Shown: positions 31,680-45,100 of the stretch, in pieces
Layout of the letters: each line of letters starts with the position of its first letter
Position numbering within the stretch: the stretch's first letter is position 1
Origin: Macrostomum lignano
Taxonomy: Eukaryota
DNA length: 46,807 bases
Reading direction: 5' to 3'
Assembly: GCA_002269645.1 (NCBI GenBank)
Contig: NIVC01004412.1
Location: forward strand, 1 to 46,807
The notes under the pieces: model-generated
The model's database searches: none
The model's input: the letters and a program-made list of their open reading frames with translations, nothing else
What the model was told of the DNA's origin: nothing
Position numbers and translations under genes: made by a program

Positions 31680-34600
31680 GTAAGTTATTCTGCTTTTCTT
31701 ATACTAATCCTTTTTTTTGTAAGACCTTGAGTTATGTCAGGTTTGGACATATCATGACACTATCCAGGCGCTATCATATTGATTAATTGGTCTAAAATTT
31801 GCTAAAATGATTCATTTGAATCACTTAGGCAAATGTGTATCTTATGCTTCAATTAAGTGATATAATTTCTTTAAAATTAGGCCCCTATTAACTAATTAAA
31901 GCATTTATGTATATTCTACAATACAATTTTAACCAAAACAATATTTTAATTTATTAATATTCATAAACCAATTCAATATAGAAATATCCACCTTAAATTC
32001 AACTTAAGGCATTGAGTTTTAATTCTATTTTCAATTCTAAATTTGATATTAGATTTCCTACATTGGGCTGAACTTGAGCTTAAAGTCTATTTAATGCAGT
32101 TTCAATGGTAATAGTCCAATTGGTGATTGCCATTATTTTGTAAGATGCTTTTTCAAGGAATTTATAAAGCTATAGTCAGAATATGTATATTTGCCTCTTT
32201 ACTAATCTATGTTAGTTTGAACAATTTATAATACAGTTTAACTAGAAAATTAAATTGTATTCAACAATAAAATATTTGACATATTAATTATTAAATTAAT
32301 AATAAAAAGTTAATTATTATCAAGATATAATATTGACAGATGTAAAGGTTTCCCAATAGATATTTAGACAGACATTCAAAACAATAGTCTATAAGGCCTA
32401 ACTTTTAACAAAATTGACCTGCTTTAACCATCTTTTTAGTAAATATTTATGCAACTTTTGGGCATCAAATAATATTCAACTTATCTACTAAAGTAAACAT
32501 CTTTTTGAGATACATTGATTTAAAGATTGCTTAGCAATATTCTGATTAGACATCACTTTTCTATTGACTGAAATTGTTTCAACTATAGTAGCCTACAAGT
32601 AGATGCTAGTTTAAAAATGCTTTAATTTACTTTTTATGCATGTCTTAGCTTTAAAATGATACCTTAGTACCACCACAAAAGATAAATCTGATGTTGAGAT
32701 ATTGACATTAAACAATGCTTTGCGCAAACTTATATTCAAAAACTTTATTGATTTTTTATCAATATTTGTTCAGCTACTGTGTCCTTGTTTTTAATCAAAT
32801 ATCATCATTATATATTCTAGTCATCTACAAGGTGTATCAGAAAAGTTTTAGGACTGTCTATAGCACAGCTTTTAGGTGCACTGTCAATTCTTTGATTTGT
32901 TGCACACTCAGTCCTTGTATAAATTTATTATAAAGTAAAGAGTAAGCCTCAACCTTTTAGCAATTTCTTTAGTAAGCCCTTTTGACGTTTCAATAATTGA
33001 TCCCTTGTCTTGACTTAATTACTTTTACTTAGCAGCAAGACTTTGCAGGGTGGTCCATAGGCACAGCAGGAAGGTGAGTGTTGCCTATTCTTCTAGCCTA
33101 TGAAGCCCTAGCAAACAGGCAAAGTTGTAGGCTAGTTAGGATGGTGCCTATTGAGGTAGCCATGGCCCATAAAGATCATGACAATGGTGCAAATATCTTT
33201 CCATTTTGGTTTGGAAGGACATTCTTGAGCCTGCGAGAGGGGCACAGAACTGCAGTGTATGATTATCAGCAGATCTAACAATTGATGACCATAGAAGGGA
33301 TAGAGCCAAGGAAATAGCCAGAGCCATTACTCTCAGCAAGGGTGTCTGCCAACTATAGTTCCCTAGAAACTCAGCGTACCCAGCTAGGATCCACTTCAGA
33401 TGACAGTATTGTTGCTACTAGCCAGGTTGAGCTGCTGGGTGCAGTCAGCGACTATTTTGAGGAGTTCTTAGTCATGAGGCAAAGGGCCTATAAGGCTGCT
33501 TGGCTATTAGAATAGATGACAATAGTCTTTCCTCTTGTACTTTTTGTATTTAGCTCTGCAGCCTAGGAGTTGATAGCAGACTTCATTCTGGAAAGGGACT
33601 GTAGAGAGTCAGTGTGCTAGGCATTAGACCCCAGGGCTAGTGTTGTAGCTGTCTTTGATGAATCCATCCATGTAACAATTTGGACCTCATGGAAATTTCA
33701 GTGGTTGTAATGCATTATAGCATCCCATGAGGGGATATTATGGTGACTCTTATAGCTCAAAAGAGGTTGAGGAGAGTTCACTATCAGATAAGATATGGAG
33801 CCTATTGCCATTTCTTGTAAGTCTATGAATGCAGTCTTTTGTAGTGCCTAAGGTATCTTTTGTAAGCTGAGACATACATATAGACATGACTGAAAATTGG
33901 AGTTTTTGATAGAAAACAAGGACATAGCAGCTAAACAAATACTGATAAAAAATCTGTAAAGTTTCCAAATGTGAGTTTGCACAAAGCAATGTTTAGTGTC
34001 TCAGCATCAGCGTAGTCTTTTGTGGTAGTTGAGGTATCATTTTAAAGCTGAGACATGCATAAAAAGTAAATTGAAGCATTTTAAACTAGCATCTGCTTGT
34101 AGGCAGATGAAATTGAAACAAGATTAGTCAACATAAAAGCAATGTCTAATCAGAGTGTTGCTAAGTAATCTTTGAATCAATGTATCCCAAAAAGATTTTT
34201 ACTTCAGTAAACAAATTAATCTTATTTGATACCCAACAATTGCATAAATATTTGCTAAAAAGATGGTTGAAGCAGGTCAATTTTGTTAAAAGTTATAGAC
34301 AATTGTTTTGAATGTCTATCTAAATATCTGTTAAGAAACCCTCACATTGTTGAAAATTTTAAATCTGCCCTGTTATTAAACTGGCTATTACCAAAATGGC
34401 TATTACTAAAGTGGATTATATTTGTTTCAATTTGGGCTCCATTGAATTTAACTTTTGGAACCCCCTAATAAATTTTTATAAAATTTATATTCATGCTTCA
34501 ATTAATTTACATAGAAAATTCTACAATTAAACCCCCATATTTTTATATTAAACACATTATAATATAGAATTTTATGTTTTTTTCTAGGCAGAGCAAAAGT

Positions 34601-37600
34601 TTCATGTATGTATTCTTTGTACTCTTAGAATAACATAAAAATCTAATGAATCTATATTATATTGAAAGATAGACCTATATTGTAAAATTGTTGTTTCATT
34701 TCAATTTATCAATTGTATGGTTTTTACTTATTAACAATGATAATAGATGCCAATTATGTTAAAAATAATTGTTTGTATATTGCTTTTATTAGAATAGAAT
34801 TAGAATAGAAAATATAAATAGTAATTTCTTTTGTTATAATAAAATAAATGTTTTTCTAATATTTGATATTTATTTATTTATTTATTGTATAGCATAACAT
34901 TTGTTATGATTTTATTTTAAAAACTTTTACTCATTATAATTTTAATGTTTGTTATAAATATTCTTTTGTGTATAAATATAATAGAAGACTAGTTTTAGTC
35001 AGATCTGGCATATTTTACATGGGTTAATAGTTTGGCAGCGTGTGTTAGCTGCTTCAAGATTATTTTGTTGCATGTGAGATTGCTAGAAAATGAGCAAGGT
35101 TGCTAGTATAAATAATAATATAAAATATAGCTTTTTGCAGCCCACTTGGGCCTACACACATTGAATTTAATGCACAATACATTTATTTTATTACTGCATT
35201 GGGGCTATTTAGTGCTGGGGCAAATGATAATATAGAAGTATATGGGAAAACTAAATCAATGAGAATATAGAATAAAAAAGTATTTAGAATAAAGTGAATG
35301 CTTTTAAGGTACTGCTATAGGCTAATAAAAATATTATAATATTATGCATTATACCAGTACTGGTGTTGTAAAAAAACTTGACAAAACAGGGCTATTCACT
35401 AAAAATCACTCTAGTATAATGCATATGTAAAAAAACATTTTTTGGGTCTGTTAATTAAAATGCAGGCAGAGTGCCAGCTCAGTCCAATGTAGTCACCATT
35501 GGCCGCCACAACTTTTTACAGTTGCAGCTGGAAGCTGAAGCAGACTTTGGCAATGTAGTTAGTAGGCAAATTTGTCCACTTCTCTGTCACACTTGCTTTG
35601 AGAGAGTCAAAATTGGGGTGGCAAATGGTGCAAGCCTTGGACTCTACTTGTGCCTAGATGACAAAGTCTAGTGGGTTTAAATCCGGTGACTGCGGTGGCC
35701 AGCAGGATTTGTCCCAGAATGACATGTTCTCAGCCAACCAATTCTGCTCGATATTGGCTATGTGCAAATGCGCCCTGTCTGCTATAAAATGTAAGGCTTA
35801 CCAGCCGTGATCCTGATGACCCACAGAAGCACAGTTTCCTGCAGAACAGTCTTGTATGCAGCTGCATTGAGGCGATAGCCCTGCGCAAATCACACAGGCG
35901 GTATGACTACACCATTGGAGGCCACAAAACCAAGCATCATGACTGAGGTAGGGTGCTTGGTGGTGGGCATGCACCAACCTGCTCTGTCATCATTGCTGAA
36001 GCTAACAAATCAATCGTTCTGCTTATTAAAAATTGTTATTAAAAATAAGTCTTTTCATCCGAGAAAATCAAGATTCGACCCCCCGAACTCTTCAAGCTAT
36101 TCAGCAATTTTCTTAAGCGCTCCTGACAAACCTCTCGCTGCCAATCAGTCAGCAGTGGCCGTTCTATTCGACGGAGAGAAGTGCCACCAGCCTTCTTCAA
36201 AGCTCTGGACACAATTGATTTGCAAACTCCAGCCACCTTGGCCACGTCGGACATTTTGGCCAGTGGGTTCGCGGTGAAGATCTGCTTGAGTTCTTTCAAG
36301 TCCAATTTTGCAGGCCTTCCAGATCCTGGCTGTCTCTCCAGGCCTTTACCTTCTTCCAGCCGCCTTCTGATGTCATAAACTGCCTGACTCGACTGATGCC
36401 AATTGAATGGGCAATGTCTGTCACTGACATGCCCGCGTCAAGCAGACCTGACACTCTGTAACTTCTGGCTTCCATTTTTGTGGGCTATGGTCAAGTGTGG
36501 AAAGTTTTAGTAGCCACTGACTCTCAAGTTTATGCACGTTAAGGTGGCACCAGAATTTATGCTGAAAAAGGTCATGCAATCTTTTTATGGTGAAAGTCTA
36601 AAGTGTTTTTTTGCAACCTTGGTATATTATAAATAATGTTGTTATTTTTTATTAGTAAAATTAACTTCAAATTAAATGTAATTAAAAGTTGCATTTTATC
36701 AATTGTTCCTATCAACATTATTATCTCTAAAGCTATGACTATCTATTATATATTTTGAGTATAGATATGTTGCAACATTTTAGCTTGTAACTCATATAAT
36801 TGCAGTATATTACATTCAAACTGAAAATATGTTTATTCTATATAAGTTTAACACTCTTATTGGTTATGAAAATTCCAATAAGATGAGTAGATATGACAGT
36901 CGAATTTAAGGTTTTGATAAAGTGGGGTTAGCGATTTTTCCCCTGGCTGTTCCCTGGTTTCTCCAAGTTATGCAATACTTTCTGGCTGTGATTGGCCCAG
37001 TTTTGAAAATGATAGGCATTAATTTCAATCATCTCGCACGATGTGGATCTTTTCCTAGCGCTTTGATTAGCCGCCGCATCTTTACTTGGAAAGGAGACAG
37101 AAAATGCGTCTACAATTGATTTGCAAAATCTAACTGATGAAAAAGGTTATGCAACATCCCAATGACCTGCAAACCTTCGCGGCTATGGAGTTGATTGGCT
37201 AGATTTAAAAATCCATAATCTCAGAATCGCCTGGGGGCTTATGCCAGTCAAAGAACTGGGATTCGAGTTCCAACTGTCCTTATTGGTCCAGCTGGTCACT
37301 GGGCGCCATTGGAGGCCAATCAGCGGCGCGGCAGCCTTCCCACTCTGAAGTCTTCAGCACGCACCGGCGTCCAGCAGACTGTAGCTTCTGGAGTTCTATT
37401 TGCCGAGCTCTCTTTTCTTAGCCGTGTCACTCAAAGTTTTTTGGGGCCTGAAAAGCATGGCTAAAGGCGTCAGCTTCAGTTCGGATACCCGCTTCAAGTC
37501 GAAGTCGGGCGCTGTCGACACCGCTGCCGCGGCGGGAGCTCCGGCTAGCGACGAGTCGGACGAGGAGGAAGCGATGGACGCCGACAGCGATGATCAGGCG

Positions 37601-40600
37601 GTGGAGGCGTCGGCGTCACCTAAAAGGAACGGCAGGCGCGGCGTTGGCGGCAGCGGAGCTGGCGGTCCATCGCGTCATCAGCGCCTGCAGCGCAGCTTCT
37701 CTTTGGTGCCGGAGCGCTTAGGCCGCTCAGGCCTGGGCGGCTCTTTCCAATCGCAGCGGCGCATGCAGTTCTGCGAGGCCGCTATGCAAGCTCTGCTAGT
37801 AGCATTAGTGGCCGTCACTTTTCCCTTCTCTTTCCTGGTCTGCCTGAAGGTCATCGCCCAGTACGAGCGGGCCGTGGTGTTCAGATTCGGCCGGATCCTG
37901 AGCTCCGAGGCCAGCGGCCCGGGCCTGGTGTTCATCATGCCTTGCATGGACAGCATCAAGCGGGTGGACTTGCGCACTATGACATTCGACGTGCCAACCC
38001 AGGAGGTGCTGACGAAAGACTCGGTCACGGTGGCGGTTGACGCCGTTGTCTATTATCGAATATTCGATCCGGTGATGTCGGTGGTCAACGTGGAGGATTC
38101 GAATCGCTCAACGAAGCTGCTGGCGCAGACTACGCTGAGAAACGTGCTGGGCACCGTCAGCCTCTACGAACTGCTGGCAGGTCGCGACGAGTCGGCAATG
38201 GTGATGCAGGAAACTCTTGACGCCGCCACCGACACCTGGGGCGTCAAGGTTGAGCGCGTTGAAATCAAGGATGTCCGCCTGCCAACTCAGCTGCAGCGGG
38301 CAATGGCCGCCGAGGCGGAGGCGGCCCGCGAGGCTCGGGCAAAGGTGATCGCGGCTGAGGGCGAGCAGAAGGCCAGCAAAGCGCTGAAGGCGGCCGCCAT
38401 CGAGCTGTCGGAGTGTAACGTGGCCCTGCAGTTGCGCTACTTGCAGACTCTGTGCAGCATCTCGGCTGAGAAGAATTCCACCATCATTTTTCCTTTGCCT
38501 ATCGAACTGTTGAAGTACTTTCAACAGCAGCAGCAGCCGTCGCCGGGACCAGACGGCGATAAGGATGATAGTGAAAGTGGTGATGAGGCGCCGAAGAAGC
38601 CCAGGTACACTGTGACGGATGCTGATCGGCGCCCTCATCTGCTGCAGCCGCACTGCGGCGGCTCACCTTCGAGCTGCAGCCGGCCCGTGACCGTCAGCTC
38701 GCCTAGTCGCAGTGCTTCAAGGACTAGCTTCGGCTCCGGCTGTTGAACTGAAAGGGGCGTCCTAGGGCGATTTCCTGGCACGGGATCTAACTCTATAGTA
38801 TAATAATTACTAATTATGCACTGTAAAGAACTTGTGACTCTTCGCGTTAGTCGCCGCAATGACGATTCTGCCTTTATAAACTGATTAATGTCTCCGAAAG
38901 TTCGAGTTTTATACTAAGTTTTATTGTTACTTCATCGATTCGGGAGGTTCCCTCATTGTTGCAAAATTATCCTGAGTACCTGTACTATGTATTGTAGATT
39001 TTTTATTGATATTTTAGTGGCGTATTTAGTGGCGTATCCTTAACAGGCGTAACTTTCCTTATATTATGTAAGTGCGTTTTGCTCTTAAAATTGTCCTTGA
39101 TGTCCTTGATTGATTCGGAAAAAGTACACTGGGCAATAAAATGTGGCTTCTTGTGTTGCCTCCGCTAATTGTAAACGAGAGTTTTGGCTTGAGCTGGAGT
39201 TTACTGCTGAGTCCGTGCAACCCCCGGTTTTGAATAGCCGTCTTCAACATTTTTATTACGAAGTGAAGCCCACTTCGATCAAAGGTGCGCCGCCACCGAC
39301 ACTTGCATCTTAGAACTGGCCTAGTGGAATCAGAAATGACCCGGCCGCTCATTAATTATCCAGCAGTGCTACCGCGCTATGGGGAAAGAAAGATGTGGGG
39401 CGAGCTGGGGCGGTGCCGCCAACAAAGTAATAGATATAGGACATAATGGCAGCGCGTCCAGCTGACTGACTGACTGACTGCCATGCATCTTTCATGTCTG
39501 CTGGGAGGAGTAAGATGGAGATAGTTTGGATGCTGGGCAGTTGGTTGGAGGAGGGGGGAGGCTGGACGACTTGGCCCCATCTGGTTTGAAGCGCAGCAGT
39601 TCATCAAAGTCTGCGCACTGGTCATGCTTGCGCTCTGCTAAAATAACTTTTATTTTCGATTGCTGTCTTGCTCGCCATTTTTTCTGTCTTCTAAAAAACT
39701 ATTTTACTGCCAACTTTTCCGATTCCAGAGAGCTGGAGCTGGCAATCAGGTCCTATTCGGGAGACGATCCGCTTCTGCCTTACATTGAGTGAGTCCGCTA
39801 TTTGTTCTGCTTTTTGGTTTGTCAGGTTGGGTTTCCAGGTCGCGTCCACTCTATGATTGAGTTGTCCGGTTGGGTTGCCTATCTATGATTGAGTTGTCCG
39901 GTTGAGTTGCCTATCTATGATTGAGTTGTCCGGTTGGGTTGCCTATCTATGATTGAGTTGTCCGGTTGGGTTGCCTATCTATGATTGAGTTGTCCGGTTG
40001 GGTTGCTTCTCTATGATTGAGCTGTCGGGTCGGGTTGCCTCTATGATTGAGTTGTCTGGTTAAGTTGCCTCTATGATTGAGCTGTCGGGTCGGGTTGCCT
40101 CTATGATTGAGTTGTCTGGTTGGGTTGCCTCTCTATGATTGAGCTGTCGGGTCGGGTTGCCTCTATGATTGAGTTGTCTGGTTGGGTTGCCTCTCTATGA
40201 TTGAGCTGTCCGGTTGGGTTGCCTCTCTATGATTGAGTTGTCCGGTTGGGTTGCCTCTATGATTGAGTTGTCCTGTTGGTTTGCTACTCTATGGTTGGGT
40301 TGTCGGGTTGGGTTGCTACTCTATGGTTGGGTTGCCTCTTTATGATTGATTTGTCGGGTTGGGTTGCCTCTATGATTGAGCTGTAGGATTGTGTTGTCTT
40401 TCTATGATTCGGGTGTCGGGTCGGGTTGCTTTTACTCAACTAACAACCAAACTTACATTTACCCAGCTACGTCACCTGGACCGAGGAGAACTACCCCAGC
40501 GGAGGCAAGGATAGCCAACTGTACGACCTGCTCAAAAAGTGCATTAAAGCGTTTTCTCAGGACAAGCGCTACCATCAGGATGCCAGATACATTAACATCT

Positions 40601-41996
40601 TCATTGCCTTTGTGAGTCAGACGTATCTACTTTAAAACTGTATTTATAAATTTCCGCAATTTTCAGTATTTCAAGTAAGCAAAGCACTTTTAACAGTTAT
40701 TCTGTAAGCATTCTTTTTCACTGTCCAGCTTCTTTCCAAGCGTGAAAGGCCTCGCAGACTTTCAGCAGCTTCATCTCAGCTGGGCCGCTGCCATCTCAGT
40801 TTCCTTCTATTTTCTATTTTCCAATTCCTGACGCCATAAGCGCCTGAGGCTGTGATGAGGCTGAGGTGGCCGTCTCAGTGGAATTGCTTCTCAAACTCTT
40901 TATGTATATAATAAGAAGCTTGAGGAGCCGCTGCTTCTCCCGCAGCCGTTTTCTCCGCTAAGCTGCGGGATTAATGCGCCTAGCCTGGGCCTGCTTTCAG
41001 AGGCCACTTTCTTAGAAATGGGAAATAGATCCCGTTTTCGGGGAGCCAGGAGGCTTCTCTATTCGCTTCTGCGCCGCTCTTCTGGTTACGCAATCCGATG
41101 CCAGTCTGTCACGTAGCTGCTGCTGCCGGCCCCGCCTAGCAACTGCTGTTGGGAATTGGGGAATTCGGGCCGCGATGGAACTTCGATTGAAGCTTTGAAA
41201 TTAAATTCTTCCCTCCTCACAGTTTGAGCACTGAGCAGACGGTTCGTTTTTTCAGCCTCCTACCCATCTGCCAGCCCCCCACCCCAGCCCTTCTTGATTG
41301 CCGAGGCCACGCAGCGGCAATTGCGATTTTGAATTCTTCAATTTTAAATACGCTTTTTTCCGAGATTGACTCAGGTGAAAAACTGTTATTACGCTCGTGT
41401 TGCACTGGAGTTGTGCTTTAATACAATGCTGGAATTATAAATTACTGCCTGGTTCCCCTCCGCTACTTTCTACTTTACCCTCCGCTACCCCCTCCATTGC
41501 TTCTTACTTTGCCCTCCGCTACCCCTCCATTGCTTCTTACTTTGCCCTCCGCTACCCCTCCATTGCTTCTTACTTTGCCCTCCGCTACCCCTCCATTGCT
41601 TTCTACTTTACCCTCCGCTACCCCCTCCATTGCTTTCTACTTTACCCTCCGCTACCCCCTCCATTGCTTTCTACTTTACCCTCCGCTACCCCCTCCATTG
41701 CTTTCTACTTTACCCTCCGCTACCCCCTCCATTGCTTTCTACTTTACCCTCCGCTACCCCCTCCATTGCTTTCTACTTTACCCTCCGCTACCCCTCCATT
41801 ACTTTCTACTTTACCCTCCGCTACCCCCTCCATTGCTTCCTACTTTACCCTCCGCTACCCCTCCATTGCCTTCTAATTTTACCCTCTCCATTGCTTCAGT
41901 GTTCCCCAGTAAACCGTACGTGTTCTCATCTCTTAAAAGCAGAGCTTTTGTGCTCAGAAAAGTTGTCAAAAAGCATATTATATTGCTGGAGTGCCG

Positions 41997-42064
<68 letters not shown>

Positions 42065-42083
42065 AGAGAGAGGGAGAGAGAGA

Positions 42084-42155
<72 letters not shown>

Positions 42156-45100
42156 CTGCTTAACAAGGCTGGCAGCGGGGTCCGAACTGCGGAAGAAAGT
42201 GACTAAATTTTTTTGTGGGGCTGGCGATGGCGATCTGGATAGTAACCAAAGCAAACTGGCTTTTCTTAGTTTTCCCTCTTTCTTTTTTACTCCCCTTAAA
42301 AATCCCTTTCAAGTTGAAGGCTCTTTTCTGCCCGGCCACGCGTCTTCGGGGACTGCGCGGCCACTAGGGGGGAGGAACTGGAATTCATCACTTTACCGAG
42401 CTTTCCACTGGGGCTTCCAGGCTGGAAACCCGCCCGATCGCTCTCGCTGCACTGCCTCTCTCCGTTTGAACTGGCTGGCCTCTGATGCTACCTGTTTCCT
42501 TATTTAACTCATCTCCAGTCTCCCTATGGCTCATCATCTCCAGTCTCACCGTGTCTCATTATCTCCAGTCTCACTGTGGCTCATCATCTCCAGTCTCACC
42601 GTGTCTCATCATCTCCAGTCTCACTGTGTCTCCTCATCTCCAGTCTCACTGTGTCTCCTCATCTCCAGTCTCCCTGTGTCTTCTCATCTCCAGTCTCACT
42701 GTGTCTTCTCATCTCCAGTCTCACTGTGACTTCTCATCTCCAGTCTCCCTATGGCTCATCATCTCCAGTCTCCCTATGGCTCATCATCTCCAGTCTCACT
42801 GTGTCTCCTCATCTCCAGTCTCACTGTGTCTCCTCATCTCCAGTCTCACTGTGTCTCATCATCTCCAGTCTCACTGTGGCTCATCATCTCCAGTCTCACC
42901 GTGTCTCATCATCTCCAGTCTCACTGTGGCTCATCATCTCCAGTCTCACTGTGTCTCCTCATCTCCAGTCTCACTGTGTCTCCTCATCTCCAGTCTCCCT
43001 GTGTCTTCTCATCTCCAGTCTCCCTATGGCTCATCATCTCCAGTCTCCCTATGGCTCATCATCTCCAGTCTCACTGTGTCTCATCATCTCCAGTCTCACT
43101 GTGTCTCCTCATCTCCAGTCTCACTGTGTCTCCTCATCTCCAGTCTCACTGTGTCTCCTCATCTCCAGTCTCACTGTGGCTCATCATCTCCAGTCTCACC
43201 GTGTCTCCCCATCTCCAGTCTCACTGTGTCTCCTCATCTCCAGTCTCACTGTGTCTCCTCATCTCCAGTCTCACTGTGTCTCCTCATCTCCAGTCTCACT
43301 GTGTCCACACTGCCGATATGTTGAGTAAACAACTTTACCAAGGCGAAATCTGTCAAGAATGTCTCAATGCACTGTGTTTATGTTAGCACGCAAGCTTGTT
43401 CAAGCCACGGCCCCTGTCTGTCTCTCTGTCCCAAGTTTTAATCAAAATGGGTTCCGAAGAAACTTATCTATTTTTTTCTCTCAACTCCCCCTAGGGCTCG
43501 GCTTGCCTGCCCGACCGCAGACTCTGCAATTCTGGAATCGCAATCCCAGTTGGCCCAGGCGCTTTAGGCTCTAGTGCAGTTCTGAGCTCTCTCCTGGGTG
43601 GCCGGATGCAGGGAGGGGCGAAACTGAACAAGTAAGAGCGGAACAGAATCATTTGTTGGCATTTCCGCTCTCCTTATCTTCCCCTACATCTTCCTGATCC
43701 CCGTGTTGCATCCCCTCTTCAGGGTAGGATTAAGTCGAGGGAGACTGGGCAGCAACATTGTTGTGTTTGAGTCGATCCTGATCGATGCTCTCTCTCTACT
43801 GTATATTTAAGCCTTTAATACTTCAGCATACGGCTATTAAAAGTCTACAGCTGAGACATCATCCTGCGCACCTACCCGTTTCTTTGGGGGGGGGGGGTTG
43901 GATTTTTCTCCCTCAAGATCGGCTGGGGCTTGACCGCGCCACCCGCTCCTAGCCGCTTGAGAGAACCGGCCCTGACGGGACCTTTCTTTTTGGCAGGGTT
44001 TCCTTTTTTCCCTGGAAAGATTTATTCGCTAAGGTCAAGCAGGTTTTTTCTCGCTTTTCTACTCTTTTTCTGTTCAAACCGAAAGAAGATCGAAAGCCAG
44101 CTTTCGTCGGTTACGGCCGGCCGGCACGCGACTCGGGAGGGTAGCGGAAGTGCGCGATGCCAGCTACTAGTGTAGGGCCCATCTCCCCTCACCCGTCTCT
44201 AACTCAGTTTGCCTGTCTGCCTCGACCCCCCCTCTGCCCGTCATATCGGAGAAGCTGCTCCAGCTGCGTCGCCGTCCGCTTCCACTTCCACTAACCCGTC
44301 TTGTTGAACCCGTCAAGTGAAAGCGCGTCGGCGAGATAGAAGGGAAAAGGGGGGCTCGGCGAGCGCCTGTCAGTTCCTTCTCTTCTCCGGCGTTGCCTCT
44401 TCAGCGGGTGCCCTGCGCCTGGGCTGAGGAGAACTCACTGGCCGTTTGAGGCGGGGGGCGAATGGAGCGGTTTTTGGGTGCCGCCCCTGCTGATTGATAT
44501 TGAAAATGTCATCTCTGGCTGCGCTGCTGTCTCCTGTGTGCCGCCGCCCTGTCACCCGCCCCCTCTTTTTGCGACAGTTTTTTTTAGGTCTAACAATTGC
44601 CTCATCGCTGAGCTCAAGCTCGGTGCGATGCGGTTCTATCGATTACTGTGACAGACAGTCAGACAGGCAGACAGACAGACACTAAGACAGACAGACAGAC
44701 AGACACTAAGACAGACAGACAGACACTAAGACAGACAGACAGACACTAAGACAGACAGACAGGCACTAAGACTGACAGACAGACAGACAGACACCAAGAC
44801 AGACAGACAGACAGACACTAAGACAGACACACAGACAGACAGACAGACACTAAGACAGACACACAGACAGACAGAAAGACACACAGACAGACAGACAGAC
44901 AGACAGACATGCAGACATACGTCAGTAGGCAGAGAGAAAAGCCCCATATACAGACATCGCATCCGCAGCGACGCCACACCGTCACACATGTAGGTTTTGA
45001 ATTCACACAGGCTGTTAAAATTAAATCCCTTTTGCTTGACAAATTAATTTGGCCTCGCCAGCTTGCTCTGTATTCATTTGTTGACAGAGCTCGGCTATCC

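Noticed and set aside
37400-37456. TTG start of the 448-aa stomatin ORF
   Set aside because: Eukaryotic gene; the first in-frame ATG is at 37457 in good context (agcATGG).
39059-39352. Minus-strand 97-aa ORF and nearby degenerate coding-like sequence
   Set aside because: No recognisable motifs and stops in the most protein-like frame; cannot be assigned.
41397-43386. Long ORFs at 41397-42507 and 42485-43386 (ERERE, SPVSL repeats)
   Set aside because: Translations of intronic mini- and microsatellites with no splice or codon support.
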